Part shown: positions 1 through 12,238 of the stretch, in pieces | Layout of the letters: each line of letters opens with the position of its first letter | Position numbering within the stretch: position 1 is the first letter of the stretch | NCBI GenBank assembly: GCA_964016885.1 | Contig: CAXHJY010000043.1 | Coordinates: 1 to 40,186 of the forward strand | DNA: 40,186 nt | Direction of reading: 5' to 3' | DNA from: Eledone cirrhosa | Lineage: Eukaryota | Made by a program: the position numbers and the translations under genes | The notes under the pieces: generated by a model | What the model saw: the letters and a program-made list of their open reading frames with translations, nothing else | Told to the model about the DNA's origin: nothing | The model's database searches: none

Positions 1-11
1 CTCCGATATTG

Positions 12-1070
<1,059 letters not shown>

Positions 1071-1587
1071 CATTTTCTTTTCCTTTTTACTAATATATCA
1101 CAACTCGTGTGTCACACCTCTATTTTAAAAAATATATATATATATATATATATGACTATATATATATGTATATATAATTATAAGGTGAATGCACAAGGCA
1201 TGTTTGTGTATAGCTATCCGATTTAAGTGTTGTTTTTTTTACTATACATTCGTTAATGCACGTGACTTAGTAGTTAGTGTTCAGCTAATTTTCAGAAGTG
1301 AATTATGTCATTAAGCAATTCTCTTTATTTCACATTGCTCCAGTTCAATCAGCTGATAAAACTCAGACGCCAGAAACATGGCTCGTGCCAAGCTGTCTCA
1401 GACTTTGCCTTTTCCTTGGTCAACATCATATATAGTGTATATATATCTTGTATATGTAATTCTAATATATAACATTAAATATATACATAACATATATATA
1501 TATACACACACAAAATACATATATATTTATATATAAATATATATATGTATTTTGTGTGTATATAGTGTACATACAATGAATATACAT

Positions 1588-1637
<50 letters not shown>

Positions 1638-1650
1638 CGTATATATAATA

Positions 1651-1724
<74 letters not shown>

Positions 1725-1725
1725 G

Positions 1726-1824
<99 letters not shown>

Positions 1825-2107
1825 CACATATGAGATGTGACGACAACATCAGTGTCATGGAAAGGAGAGATTAGTATGGTTGAGTGACTGCTGATCCTCC
1901 ACTAAACACCGTTGACCAGGTTTGTGTTTTGGAGATAGAAACCATGATCAGTCAGTCATTGTGGTGACCTTTCCTTAGTTTCCGCTATGTATATTATCTA
2001 TTATACATGTAAGTTCCTCGTAGCGAGTTCCCCTTTTTACCCAGGTCAAAAAGCACATTTATATAGCTATTCTATATTCTAACTAAAATTGTTTTCTATC
2101 TTTTCAG

Positions 2108-2128
2108 AACGATTTATGCTTCCTCTTG
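2108..2128 (+). CDS. 21-nt micro-exon (xRFMLPL) of the VWD/EGF gene, phase 1-1
   Basis: Long pyrimidine tract ending ttttcag, donor G|gtaaga; length is a multiple of 3 and open in the phase used by the following exons. No homology evidence. Confidence 0.55.
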
Positions 2129-3124
2129 GTAAGAATTTGTAAACACATGCCTTTCTTTCATTTTTGTTTTGGTGATTTGTTATAAGTTCTTCTTTTTCTG
2201 CGAAGAATAAAACTAATCCTCAACTCTAAAACCTCCACTCTTTTCAACGGGGTTTCGTTGGAATACATCACTGAAGAGTTACTTCATAGAGCTCTTCTGA
2301 ATGAATGGACCTCCGTTTATTTCGATGATGAGTGTTTCGGTTGTTCAATCTATTACTGTGCATGTGGTTGACCATTTCACAGACACGTTTATCCTTAGCG
2401 GGTAGATTCATCGACAAGGCTGGCCCTTTGAATTACCGGTACAATATATCTGATAGCAGGCTTCCAAATAGTTTCTGTTAACCCAATTTCATTCGCAGAG
2501 CATGGGATTGACCCGAAGCTATAATAAAAAGGATACTTGCCCAACATGCCATGCAGTAGGATCGAACCTGAAACTACATTAGCATTGCATTTCTTTGCTA
2601 TAGTCGACGACATACCATCCAATTATTATATCCCCCCCCCCCCCCCCAACTACCATAACATACATCTATTTGTATATGCGCTACAATTTTAGTACATGTT
2701 ATGTTTATCGTATATCGAAGTTTTTTTTATCTCTTGGTTGATATTTGATAATAACAGCTAAACTAATGACTACAACTAAATTGACCAAATTTGCCGCTCC
2801 CTCCAATTCAGATATGCTTCGACCACCTCTGAAATATCCTACATTTGCTATTTCTTTATCACAACAACTGTGCTACAGCGATGGTGATTGTTATCTAACT
2901 CAGGCATACGGTTACACTAGCACTCCAGCTGTGTCAGTGAACTTGAAAGAGTGTCATAAGCGCTGCTCTGCCTCTTCTTATTAAATGGTATATATATATA
3001 TTTTAAAAAAAACGAATGAAAATATGTGATGAACCTCACAACATCTTTTACCTTTTCTCTACTAAATTGTGCGGTGGTGGTACTACTTAAATATAATGTT
3101 TTACTTCCATTTCCCCCCCAACAG

Positions 3125-3196
3125 CAACCGGGAGTGACTCACATAGTCTCCTCAAAACTTTCCGTCAAAGACTCGATAACATTCGACATATAAAAG
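3125..3196 (+). CDS. 72-nt exon (ATGSDSHSLLKTFRQRLDNIRHIK), phase 1-1
   Basis: Acceptor ttcccccccaacag, donor AAG|gtaaat, open in phase 1. Confidence 0.65.
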
Positions 3197-3203
3197 GTAA
3201 ATG

Positions 3204-3362
3204 ATATATTGATTTCTAAATATATTGATTTCTAGATATATTGATTTATAAATATATTGATTTCTAGATATATTGATTTCTAAATATATTGATTTTTAGA
3301 TATATTGATTTCTAAATATATTGATTTTTAGATATATTGATTTCTAAATATATAGATTCTAA
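3204..3362. repeat. 16-bp minisatellite, ~10 copies, alternating AA/AG ends
   Basis: atatattgatttctaa / atatattgatttctag alternate, giving a 32-bp dimer. Confidence 0.95.
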
Positions 3363-3639
3363 TTCAGATACAAGGCCAGCAAGTTTGGAGGTAATACAAA
3401 ATCTATTAAACCAAAACACAGTACTTGACTGGTGCTTTATTTTAGAAGTTGGAGAGATATAGCTATGTTTTTGAAACATCAGCAGAATTCTCCTCAAATC
3501 ACATACTCGATCTTCTTACAGAAGGAAGACAATTTTCGATCGCGTACTCCCTGATATATATATTTTAAACTATGATGGTTTGGTCGTAGTTCAGACGCTT
3601 CTGATCAAATGTTCGATCGATAAGGGCTGACCTGAGGCT

Positions 3640-4140
3640 TAACACCACCACCACCAAGAACACCGACAACAATACCACAAATACCACCACCAACAACAAC
3701 AACAGCAACAACAACATCAACAATATTATCAACATCACTACCTCCATCAACACCTCTATGGATAACAATAACAACAACAACAACAACAGCAACAACGACA
3801 ACAAATACCACCACCACCAACAACAACAACATCAACAATATTATCAACATCACTACCTCCACCAACACCTCTATGGATAACAATAACAACAACAACAACA
3901 GCAACAACAAATACCACCACCACCAACAACAACAACAACAACATCAACAATATTATCAACATCACTACCTCCACCAACACCTCTATGAATAACAATAACA
4001 ACAACAACAACAGCAACAACGACAACAAATACCACCACCACCAACAACAATAACAACATCAACAATATTATCAACATCACTACCTCCACCAACACCTCTA
4101 TGAATAACAATAACAACAACAACAACAGCAACAACGACAG
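3640..4140. repeat. (AAC)n-derived ~115-bp minisatellite, 4 copies
   Basis: caatattatcaacatcactacctcca.caacacctctatg recurs four times. Confidence 0.95.
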
Positions 4141-4209
4141 CTCTTCTAATGTTACTCTACTATATAAAATGCCGCTATACTTTCACCCTAAAATCTTTTT
4201 GTTTTTCAG

Positions 4210-4275
4210 CCCAAATGCGAGATGCTGGTATGAAGGGCATTCATCTAAACTTCCCCTTTTTGAAGGGACATAATT
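4210..4275 (+). CDS. 66-nt exon (AQMRDAGMKGIHLNFPFLKGHN), phase 1-1
   Basis: Acceptor ctttttgtttttcag, donor T|gtaaga, open in phase 1. Confidence 0.65.
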
Positions 4276-4439
4276 GTAAGACTATCTTCATTCTTCTTAC
4301 TAGCTGGATCCCTTGAAAATTCTAATGTTTACATTAATTCATAGTATGGTTTCGTTATGATACAATTTTCAATTGTCTTCGATTTCGTTCTATAGTTGAG
4401 ATTGTTAAAAGCATAAAATTCGAAAATTGTTTCATTATG

Positions 4440-5160
4440 TTAAAACCTTTTACACCAAATCACCTGAAACTGATCCTAGTTCTAAGTTTATATTTATATA
4501 AAAACCTACCAGCTTCATTTTATGTAAGAACCTGTCAAATACCAACTTAACTCGTTTGGTACTAAAACACCCGAAACCACCGCTGGTTGTTTTTAAGTGT
4601 TTATTTATGTAAAAAAAAACCTTCCACCATAATTTTATGTAAGAACCTTTGTTAATTTATGTTCTAAATACTAACTTGACCATTTTGATACTAAACCCCC
4701 TGTAACCATTCCTATTTCTATGACAGATGTTTTAAAATCTTCCTAATTAATTAAAAACCTTCCTTCATACTTTTATATAAAAATATTTGTTAAACAACGT
4801 CCTAAATGTTATCTTTGCTATTTTGATACCAAACCATCTGAAACCATCCCTGGTTCTGTAGTATTAACCCTTTTCATAACAACCCACATGAAACCTCCCC
4901 TGATTATGTGGTATTAACCTTTTGATACCAAACCATCTGAAACCATCCTTGGTTCTGTGGTATTAACCCTTTTCATAACAAACCACATGAAACCTCCCCT
5001 GATTGTGTGGTATTAATCCTTTTGATACCAAACCATCTGAAACCATCCCTGGTTCTGTGGTATTAACCCTTTTCATAACAAACCACATGAAACCTCCCCT
5101 GATTATGTGGTATTAATCCTTTTGATACCAAACCATCTGAATCTTATCCTGGGTGTATGA
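4440..5160. repeat. ~49-bp A/B alternating tandem repeat (98-99-bp dimer) with older diverged copies upstream
   Basis: tttgataccaaaccatctgaaacc alternates with tttcataacaaaccacatgaaacc from 4822. Confidence 0.85.
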
Positions 5161-5342
5161 TTCAAAACTATTTGCTTTAAAGTGTGTATAGCTATCTAAA
5201 AACATTCCAACAAAACCTTATCAAAGAACCTTTGTTAAATTATGTTCAAAATAAATAAATAAATATATGATCGTTTTAAACAGTAAAATCCTCCTGATAC
5301 AGGGAAACATCCAAACAATAATGATAACAACAATATTTTTAG

Positions 5343-5408
5343 GGTTACTGAACCTCAGGAAACAGTCCAACTATTTAGATGAAGGGAAACACCTGGACCA
5401 ACATTCAA
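5343..5408 (+). CDS. Candidate 66-nt exon (xLLNLRKQSNYLDEGKHLDQHS); alternative end at 5417
   Basis: Acceptor atttttag; open in phase 1; two weak phase-1 donors (gtaaaa at 5409, gtaaat at 5418). Confidence 0.4.
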
Positions 5409-6140
5409 GTAAAACATGTAAATATTTTGTATATTACTAGCAGTGTATCCCGACGTTGCACGGGTAATAACATTGGTAATAGCACCTCCAATGAGAAACG
5501 TTTATTTGTGAGTGCCTGTTAAAATCTCACGAAAATATACCGACAGGAAACTTGTTTTATTTGGAGAAAATTAAGAAGTTGAAAGTACAGTTTAGCTGTC
5601 TACGTGCAGTGTTCATAGAAATATTGTTGAGCCCCTTCTTTTCATACTCCTCTGATTTGGCCTTTTCGAGTAAATGTGAAAGAGAAAGTCACAGGTTAAG
5701 TTGGCAGAGCAGTAAGGCGTAGGCTACTTACCTCAAAAGTTCATTCGCACTCTTTCCACTAAGTTACTCTTTCTCTCTATCCCTCTTGGTGCAGTCCCTT
5801 GCGAATTTCTCGCGTAGGCTTGGTGTAGATTTGCACCCGATCCATCTACCCGATGTACATGTCCGCTTTGTACGGCTTTTGGAGGAAGGAGTGACCAGCA
5901 GTACGTTGTTCGGTATTATTACGAAAAGGTGTAGCAGAGAATCCCGCGTGAACTAACAGCTCGGGAGGAAACTTCTTACCTCGAAGATTCATTCGCCATC
6001 GTTCTTGTCAACGTTCCGTTTACTTGGTATTTGTTGGTCTACAGTTAGATGTTAGATGAATGGTGCACAAAGGGTTAATGTTTATTGGCAAGAAGTTTTT
6101 TAAATAATAAAAGACGGGTTAAAGCGACCTACAATGTATC

Positions 6141-6182
<42 letters not shown>

Positions 6183-6183
6183 G

Positions 6184-6268
<85 letters not shown>

Positions 6269-6459
6269 GTGTGTGTATGTATGCATATACATGTATATGT
6301 GTGTGTGTATGTATATATATATATATATGTGTGTGTATGTGTGTGTGTATATACAAATATTTTTATATATGTATATTTATATATATGTATATGTGTTTGT
6401 ATGTATATATATATATACATATATACATATATGTATATATATGTGTGTGTGTATATGTA

Positions 6460-6490
<31 letters not shown>

Positions 6491-6519
6491 TAGTATATAT
6501 GTATATATATATATATATT

Positions 6520-7007
6520 TATTTATTAAAATAACAGATTAAAGTTTAAGCAAAGAATCGCTGCTTTCACTCTTAACGGGATCTTCTGAAACTAACAAAG
6601 TCAATCTGTGAACGCAGAAGTGAATATTTCAAAAACCGTTGCAATCGGAGGAAGACAAGAAGACGATACTTTGGTTCGTGGAAACGTTCCCTGGCAAAGA
6701 ACGGGAAAAAACGAATATAATACGTCATTATTTGGAGCAGTGAAAAACAATTACACGCAAAGACAAAACTACGTTTATGGTACAAAAGAAGTCGTAGACT
6801 AATATGCTATTAGGTGGTTCATAGAGACGTTCTCTGGCAATGAACGAAAAAAACGAAGATAATACGTCATATGTGGAGCGGGGAGAAACAATTGCACGCA
6901 AAGACAAAATCACGTTCACAGATTGACTTTGTTAGTTTCAGAAGATCCCGTTAGGGGTGAATGCAGCGATTCTTTGCTTAAACTTTAATCTGTTATTTTA
7001 ATAAATA
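6520..7007. repeat. Inverted repeat, ~95-bp arms around a core with a degenerate internal duplication
   Basis: 6520-6614 versus 6913-7007; core repeats ga(a/g)acgttc…ataatacgtcat…cacgcaaagacaaaa twice. Confidence 0.9.
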
Positions 7008-7091
7008 TTTGCTCGACGGTTCTTATATATTTGATATATATTTATCCTTATCGAGCCCTCTTTGGATTTTAGTCTTCAAATTTATTATTAT

Positions 7092-7123
<32 letters not shown>

Positions 7124-7131
<8 letters not shown>

Positions 7132-7473
7132 GTAATATTGCCAGAATTAATAACAGAACACACTCACTGTTTGGTTGGTTTTCGCTTATAAACAGACTAA
7201 ATAAAGATGGCATAGAAAATACAATGCAACGGGAGGAAACAATAGCACCACTGACGATGTTGCAGATGTGCAACGAAAGAACTTTGATAAACTATATATA
7301 TGTGTTTGTGTCTATATTGTATCCGTATTATTTTTGACCGTTGGTCAGTCAATGGCAACATTGAGGACCGAATAAATTAGATTACCGATATAAAAGACAC
7401 AGAAGCGAAAAGCGAAAATCAACCAAACAGTGAGTGTGTTCTGTTATTAATTCTGGCAATATTACACAAATAT
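7124..7473. repeat. Inverted repeat, 64-bp arms around an HHR-like core
   Basis: 7124-7187 versus 7410-7473; abuts (TA)n. Confidence 0.9.
7242..7295 (+). ncRNA. Degenerate hammerhead-like motif
   Basis: CUGACGA-U GUUGCA gaug UGCAAC-GAAA with a good stem II but decayed stems I and III. Confidence 0.45.
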
Positions 7474-7568
7474 GACTCTCCCCAAGTATAACAATATTTG
7501 TTTCGACACACGATTTCATATCAAAAACCTAGCAAAACTAATTCATCGCCGTTATATATATATAAGTA

Positions 7569-7699
<131 letters not shown>

Positions 7700-7794
7700 A
7701 TAGCGAAGATAATACGTCAACAATGACGTGTTCGTCAGAATGTCGTTATGCAGACAGCCAGACATACAGGCAGATATTATAAGGGCTCGACGGT

Positions 7795-7961
7795 ATCGCT
7801 AGAGGGTTGGACGCCATGCTTTCTAGCATAGTTACGTCCCTTTACAGTCTGAATTCAAATCTCGCCGATGTTAACTTTGTCTTTCATCCTTACGGGGTCG
7901 ATAAAATAAAGTACCAGTAATGTACTGGGTTATTGCTGGCCTTGTGCCTAAAGTAGAAACA
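7795..7961 (+). mobile_element. tRNA-derived SINE (Meta-domain-like core), 5'-truncated, 19-bp flanking direct repeat
   Basis: Core ctttcatccttacggggtcgataaaataaagtaccag; attataagggctcgacggt at 7776 and 7962. Confidence 0.85.
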
Positions 7962-8240
7962 ATTATAAGGGCTCGACGGTGAGTGATAACCGGCGCCTAA
8001 CTCCCCTTTAACAACAGAAAATTGAAAAATAAAAGCTGCATTTAGTATCTTTAGACCGCAAGGAATATATAAATGCAAGTTTGAAGTCAATCGGAGTAGA
8101 AATTGGATTTGTAAAAATGAGGACACACACACACACACACACAGACAACAACAGTTTGATATAATATATATGTATAGATGTATAGATATCTCTGTCTTGC
8201 TGGATTTGATGTATGTGTGTATGTATGTATGTATGTATGT

Positions 8241-9760
8241 CAGGTCACCAGTTGGTGCTACTGGTAACATGTATCCCAGTACAACCTGTCTCATGGTCGG
8301 GTCGTTGGCGACTAAACTGGCAACCCCACCAAGGTTTTCAAGTCGCTGGCTGGACTAAAAAGTCACACTTGTTCAGCGCATCGGTAGGGGTTCTCCTACA
8401 TGGATATAAAGTAGTGGCCGTACTCGAAAACGAGTTGGCAGCCACCATGTATGTATGTATGTATGTATGTATGTATGTATGTATGTATGTATGTATGTAT
8501 GTACTGGTAACATGTATTCCAGTACAACCTGTCCCATGATCGGGTCGTTGGTGACTAAACTGGCAACCCCACCAAGGTTTCTTGGTGAGGAGGGTGACTT
8601 TGGACATCCTGCAGGACTAAAATCAAAACCTGTCAAAGGGCAAAGGATCTCTTAAGAGTCATTGGCCATCCAAATCACCGTGAGAGATGACCTCTTAGCC
8701 CTTGTCAAGGCAGAATTCTAGGAGAAGGAAAACTCTGATATAACACCTGCAACCCTGATGGTATCCAATGATGTTGACTTGTTCTTCTTTTTGGTAAATA
8801 TCATCTTGGTTAAGAGAGTGGGACTGGCTTTGTGCAGTGCCTTTGCTCACTATAAAAGCTTCACGGCACAGGCATTGCTTTATATCTGGAGATCTCTCTG
8901 CACTTGTCGTCACATGGTACCATGGGCCCAGCACTATGTGTCAATAATTGTCACAGGTGTAGTGTTTGTACCAGAGTTTTCAAGTCGCTGGCTGGACTAA
9001 AAAGTCACACTTGTTCAGCGCATCGGTAGGGGTTCTCCTACATGGATATAAAGTAGTGGCCGTACTCGAAAACGAGTTGGCAGCCACCATGTATGTATGT
9101 ATACCTGTATGTATGTATGTATGTATGTATGTATGTATGTATGTATGTATGTATGTATGTACTGGTAACATGTATTCCAGTACAACCTGTCCCATGATCG
9201 GGTCGTTGGTGACTAAACTGGCAACCCCACCAAGGTTTCTTGGTGAGGAGGGTGACTTTGGACATCCTGCAGGACTAAAATCAAAACCTGTCAAAGGGCA
9301 AAGGATCTCTTAAGAGTCATTGGCCATCCAAATCACCGTGAGAGATGACCTCTTAGCCCTTGTCAAGGCAGAATTCTAGTAGAAGGAAAACTCTGATATA
9401 ACACCTGCAACCCTGATGGTATCCAATGATGTTGACTTGTTCTTCTTTTTGGTAAATATCATCTTGGTTAAGAGAGTGGGACTGGCTTTGTGCAGTGCCT
9501 TTGCTCACTATAAAAGCTTCACAGCACAGGCATTGCTTTATATCTGGAGATCTCTCTGCACTTGTCGTCACATGGTACCATGGGCCCAGCACTATGTGTC
9601 GATAATTGTCACAGGTGTAGTGTTTGTACCAGAGTTTTCAAGTCGCTGGCTGGACTAAAAAGTCACACTTGTTCAGCGCATCGGTAGGGGTTCTCCTACA
9701 TGGATATAAAGTAGTGGTCGTACTCGAAAACGAGTTGGCAGCCACCATGTATGTGTGTGT
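8241..9760 (+). mobile_element. Three head-to-tail copies of a LINE-derived (RTE-like) non-autonomous element with (TATG)n tails
   Basis: Copies 2 and 3 offset 658 bp and nearly identical; C2H2 finger CSVCTRVFKSLAGLKSHTCSAHR* before the tail; copy 1 internally deleted. Clade assignment is inference. Confidence 0.7.
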
Positions 9761-9769
9761 ATTGATATG

Positions 9770-9930
9770 GCGGCGAATTGGCAGAGTTGTTAGAACGTCG
9801 GATAGAACGCTTTATGGTATTCGTTCCGGTTCTCAGCTCTCTGAGTTCAAATCCCGCCGAGGTCAACTTTGTCTTTCATCTTTTCGAGGTTGATAAAAAA
9901 TGTACCAGTCTAGTACTGGGGTCGATTCTT
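9770..9930 (+). mobile_element. SINE of the same family; other copies ~22945-23100 (+), 28788-28942 (+), 35415-35515 (+), 36474-36655 (-)
   Basis: A-box-like TGGCAGAGTTG, B-box GAGTTCAAATCC, shared core. Confidence 0.85.
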
Positions 9931-10247
9931 CCTCTATATTTCTTTCTCATTTCCTATCTTTCACTGGAAAAAAATCATGCTGTACTCAGGCCTGGAGAGG
10001 GTTGGGCTCTGCCAGGCTTAAAAAATACCCAAGAAACGTTGTATATCAATACGGTGCCCTTACGACTCTATGAGGAGTTACGGGACCATACATACATACA
10101 TACATACATACATACATACATACATGTGTTGAGTCCTTGAGTTTGAGACTCCTGCTCATCAGAGACATTAGATGACAAGTGTTTGTCGGTTTATGGTCGC
10201 CCGTTGTTTTGTATGAAACTGCGGCTATGCTGGATCACCGTCTAGAA

Positions 10248-10629
10248 CAGCGGACGCCAACCGGTGGTCCGAGAGAAAAGTTTGGTGGTCCGCAGAAAAA
10301 TTAGGACATTATTTATAAATTTTATATTTTATAAATAATAAAATTAAAATAATATTTAGCTAAAATATATTTTATAACATCCCTAAAAAATGTTTCGCCT
10401 CAGGAACTAACATCCACGAACGAATTTTACACATATGTATCATCTATCGACAATATGACACACGTAAGGTTCAGTATTGTTTAATAGAATGGAAGTTCTC
10501 TGATCATTATTTTACAAATGTATTTACCTTTTAAAAAAAATTCATATTAGTGGTCCGCGGGATTTAAAATTATGAATTTAAAATTATGAATTTAGTGGTC
10601 CGTGAGGTCGAAAAGGTTGGCGACCGCTG
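10248..10629. mobile_element. hAT (Charlie-like) MITE, 382 bp
   Basis: TIRs CAGCGGACGCCAACC / GGTTGGCGACCGCTG; 8-bp TSD GTCTAGAA at 10240 and 10630; subterminal GTGGTCCG motifs. Confidence 0.9.
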
Positions 10630-10725
10630 GTCTAGAAAGGGTAATATCGATAACAGGCTAATATCTCACAACCAATTAATCAATGAATGACATCTTTACA
10701 TTTTTTCTTGTGTGCTATTTTCTAG

Positions 10726-10827
10726 TAATGTGCGGTGACAGACTCTGTCATAAGAATGCCGAATGCTACAGACGAAAGTGTCGTTGTCGACGAGGATTGA
10801 TTGGCGACGGGGTTAACTCGTGTTCCA
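10726..10827 (+). CDS. EGF-like exon 1 (MCGDRLCHKNAECYRRKCRCRRGLIGDGVNSCS)
   Basis: tttctag acceptor, A|gtaagt donor, 102 nt phase 1-1, six Cys in EGF spacing with CxCxxGxxGDG. Missed by the ORF track. Confidence 0.9.
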
Positions 10828-11142
10828 GTAAGTATTTATGATAAATACACACTTCTCAATTAATTGAACAATCCTACCTATGTAGCTAATTATTAAAAGG
10901 TTGGGCATATCAGCCCCTGGAGACGGAAAACATTGTACAGTACCACCCCTGGAACTCCAGTTAGATGCGAGACACACGACAACAGAATCCCAAATGCTCC
11001 CTCTCAATTTTAATTTTGATAATCATAAGAACTGTGAAACCGGTAAAGTAAATAAATATTCTTAAAAGACTCCAGTTGTATTTTTAAATTCTTTTTCTAA
11101 TATTTTTACCCGTGAGGGACTTAAAAAAAACACACCTTATTT

Positions 11143-11191
<49 letters not shown>

Positions 11192-11260
11192 GCAATATTA
11201 AATGGAAGCAAAAAGCAAACCACACAGTACGATGAGTATATGCTTGATATAGTAGGAAAA

Positions 11261-11295
11261 GTCTTTACGTTTCGGACACCACTTCATCAGAAGAT
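11261..11295 (-). ncRNA. Minimal type I hammerhead-like motif (Penelope-type)
   Basis: Minus strand: UCUU-CUGAUGA-AGuggugucC-GAAA-C GUA^-AAGA; stem II weak. Confidence 0.6.
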
Positions 11296-11581
11296 AGAAT
11301 GAGAGAGGAAGGAACGAAAAAGATGTTTTTGAGAAAAAGCACGTGTGTAGTTAGTCAGCCATTTAAAAAAAATATATATATATAATTATATAGAAGGGAT
11401 ATTTAATTTGTTGGCAATCCAACAAATAAAAATGTTTATAACTGATTCAGAGCACTCGACAGATATCTGGAGTAAATATTCTATGATATTAAATAAATGG
11501 AAACTATATTTATAAAACCATATTTATTCTATTATATATTTGTATATAATTATATATATATATACCCATTGAATTTCGCAG

Positions 11582-11826
11582 ATGTCTGCAAGTGTACTGT
11601 GTCCGGTGATCCTCATTTCCACACATTTGATGGCCAGTCCATACATCTGATGAGCGACTGCAAACATATTCTTTCGGAATCACGACACATTCAAGATGGC
11701 TGCGATTTTCGGATTGAAATCCAAAATGAGAAACGTGGTGCAAATAAATTTGTGTCCTGGCCTCGTTCATTGGAATTTCACATTTACAATCTCACCGTAC
11801 GCCTTGGTCCTCATAGCAAAGTTTTC
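11582..11826 (+). CDS. VWD domain 1, N-terminal exon (CKCTVSGDPHFHTFDG...)
   Basis: GDPHxxTFDG VWD signature; cag acceptor, TTC|gtaagt donor; phase 1-0. Confidence 0.95.
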
Positions 11827-11951
11827 GTAAGTGCAATACTTCTTATAGTCTCTTGAGCCAAAATGTATTACATGAAAAAGATTTCAACACAATCGTTGGT
11901 TGAAGTTTGAAACCTTAGGTAACATTCATCTGTATTGAGATCTTATTCATA

Positions 11952-11986
<35 letters not shown>

Positions 11987-12195
11987 TAAGTATGTACACG
12001 TACATACATATATGTATACCGACGTACAGTAGTATGTATATATATATATATACATACATGCACACATATATATATGCACGTATGGATTCACCGAACATTT
12101 ATTATAATGCTCGGTGTGTTTGTAAACAAACATCCCGTATTAAGCCGTAGTGTCTAGCAACCACCGTTGCTCGTTTGTTCAACACTGACAAAGGA

Positions 12196-12238
12196 ACGCT
12201 GTACTAGTTTCAAGCTTGTTAGCTATCATCAGCAACGT
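12196..12238 (-). ncRNA. Same hammerhead on the minus strand; further copies 12620-12662 and 13044-13086
   Basis: Reverse complement of 13298-13340 (TCATCAG at 12226, 12650, 13074). Confidence 0.8.

Noticed and set aside
2250-2310. CTGAAGA hammerhead candidate at 2271
   Set aside because: No GAAA after the stem and no stem I or III.
3565-4134. Hydrophobic poly-Leu/Val ORFs, or a mucin-like Thr/Asn-rich exon
   Set aside because: (AAC)n-derived minisatellite; no splice sites fitting the gene's phase and unit lengths break frame.
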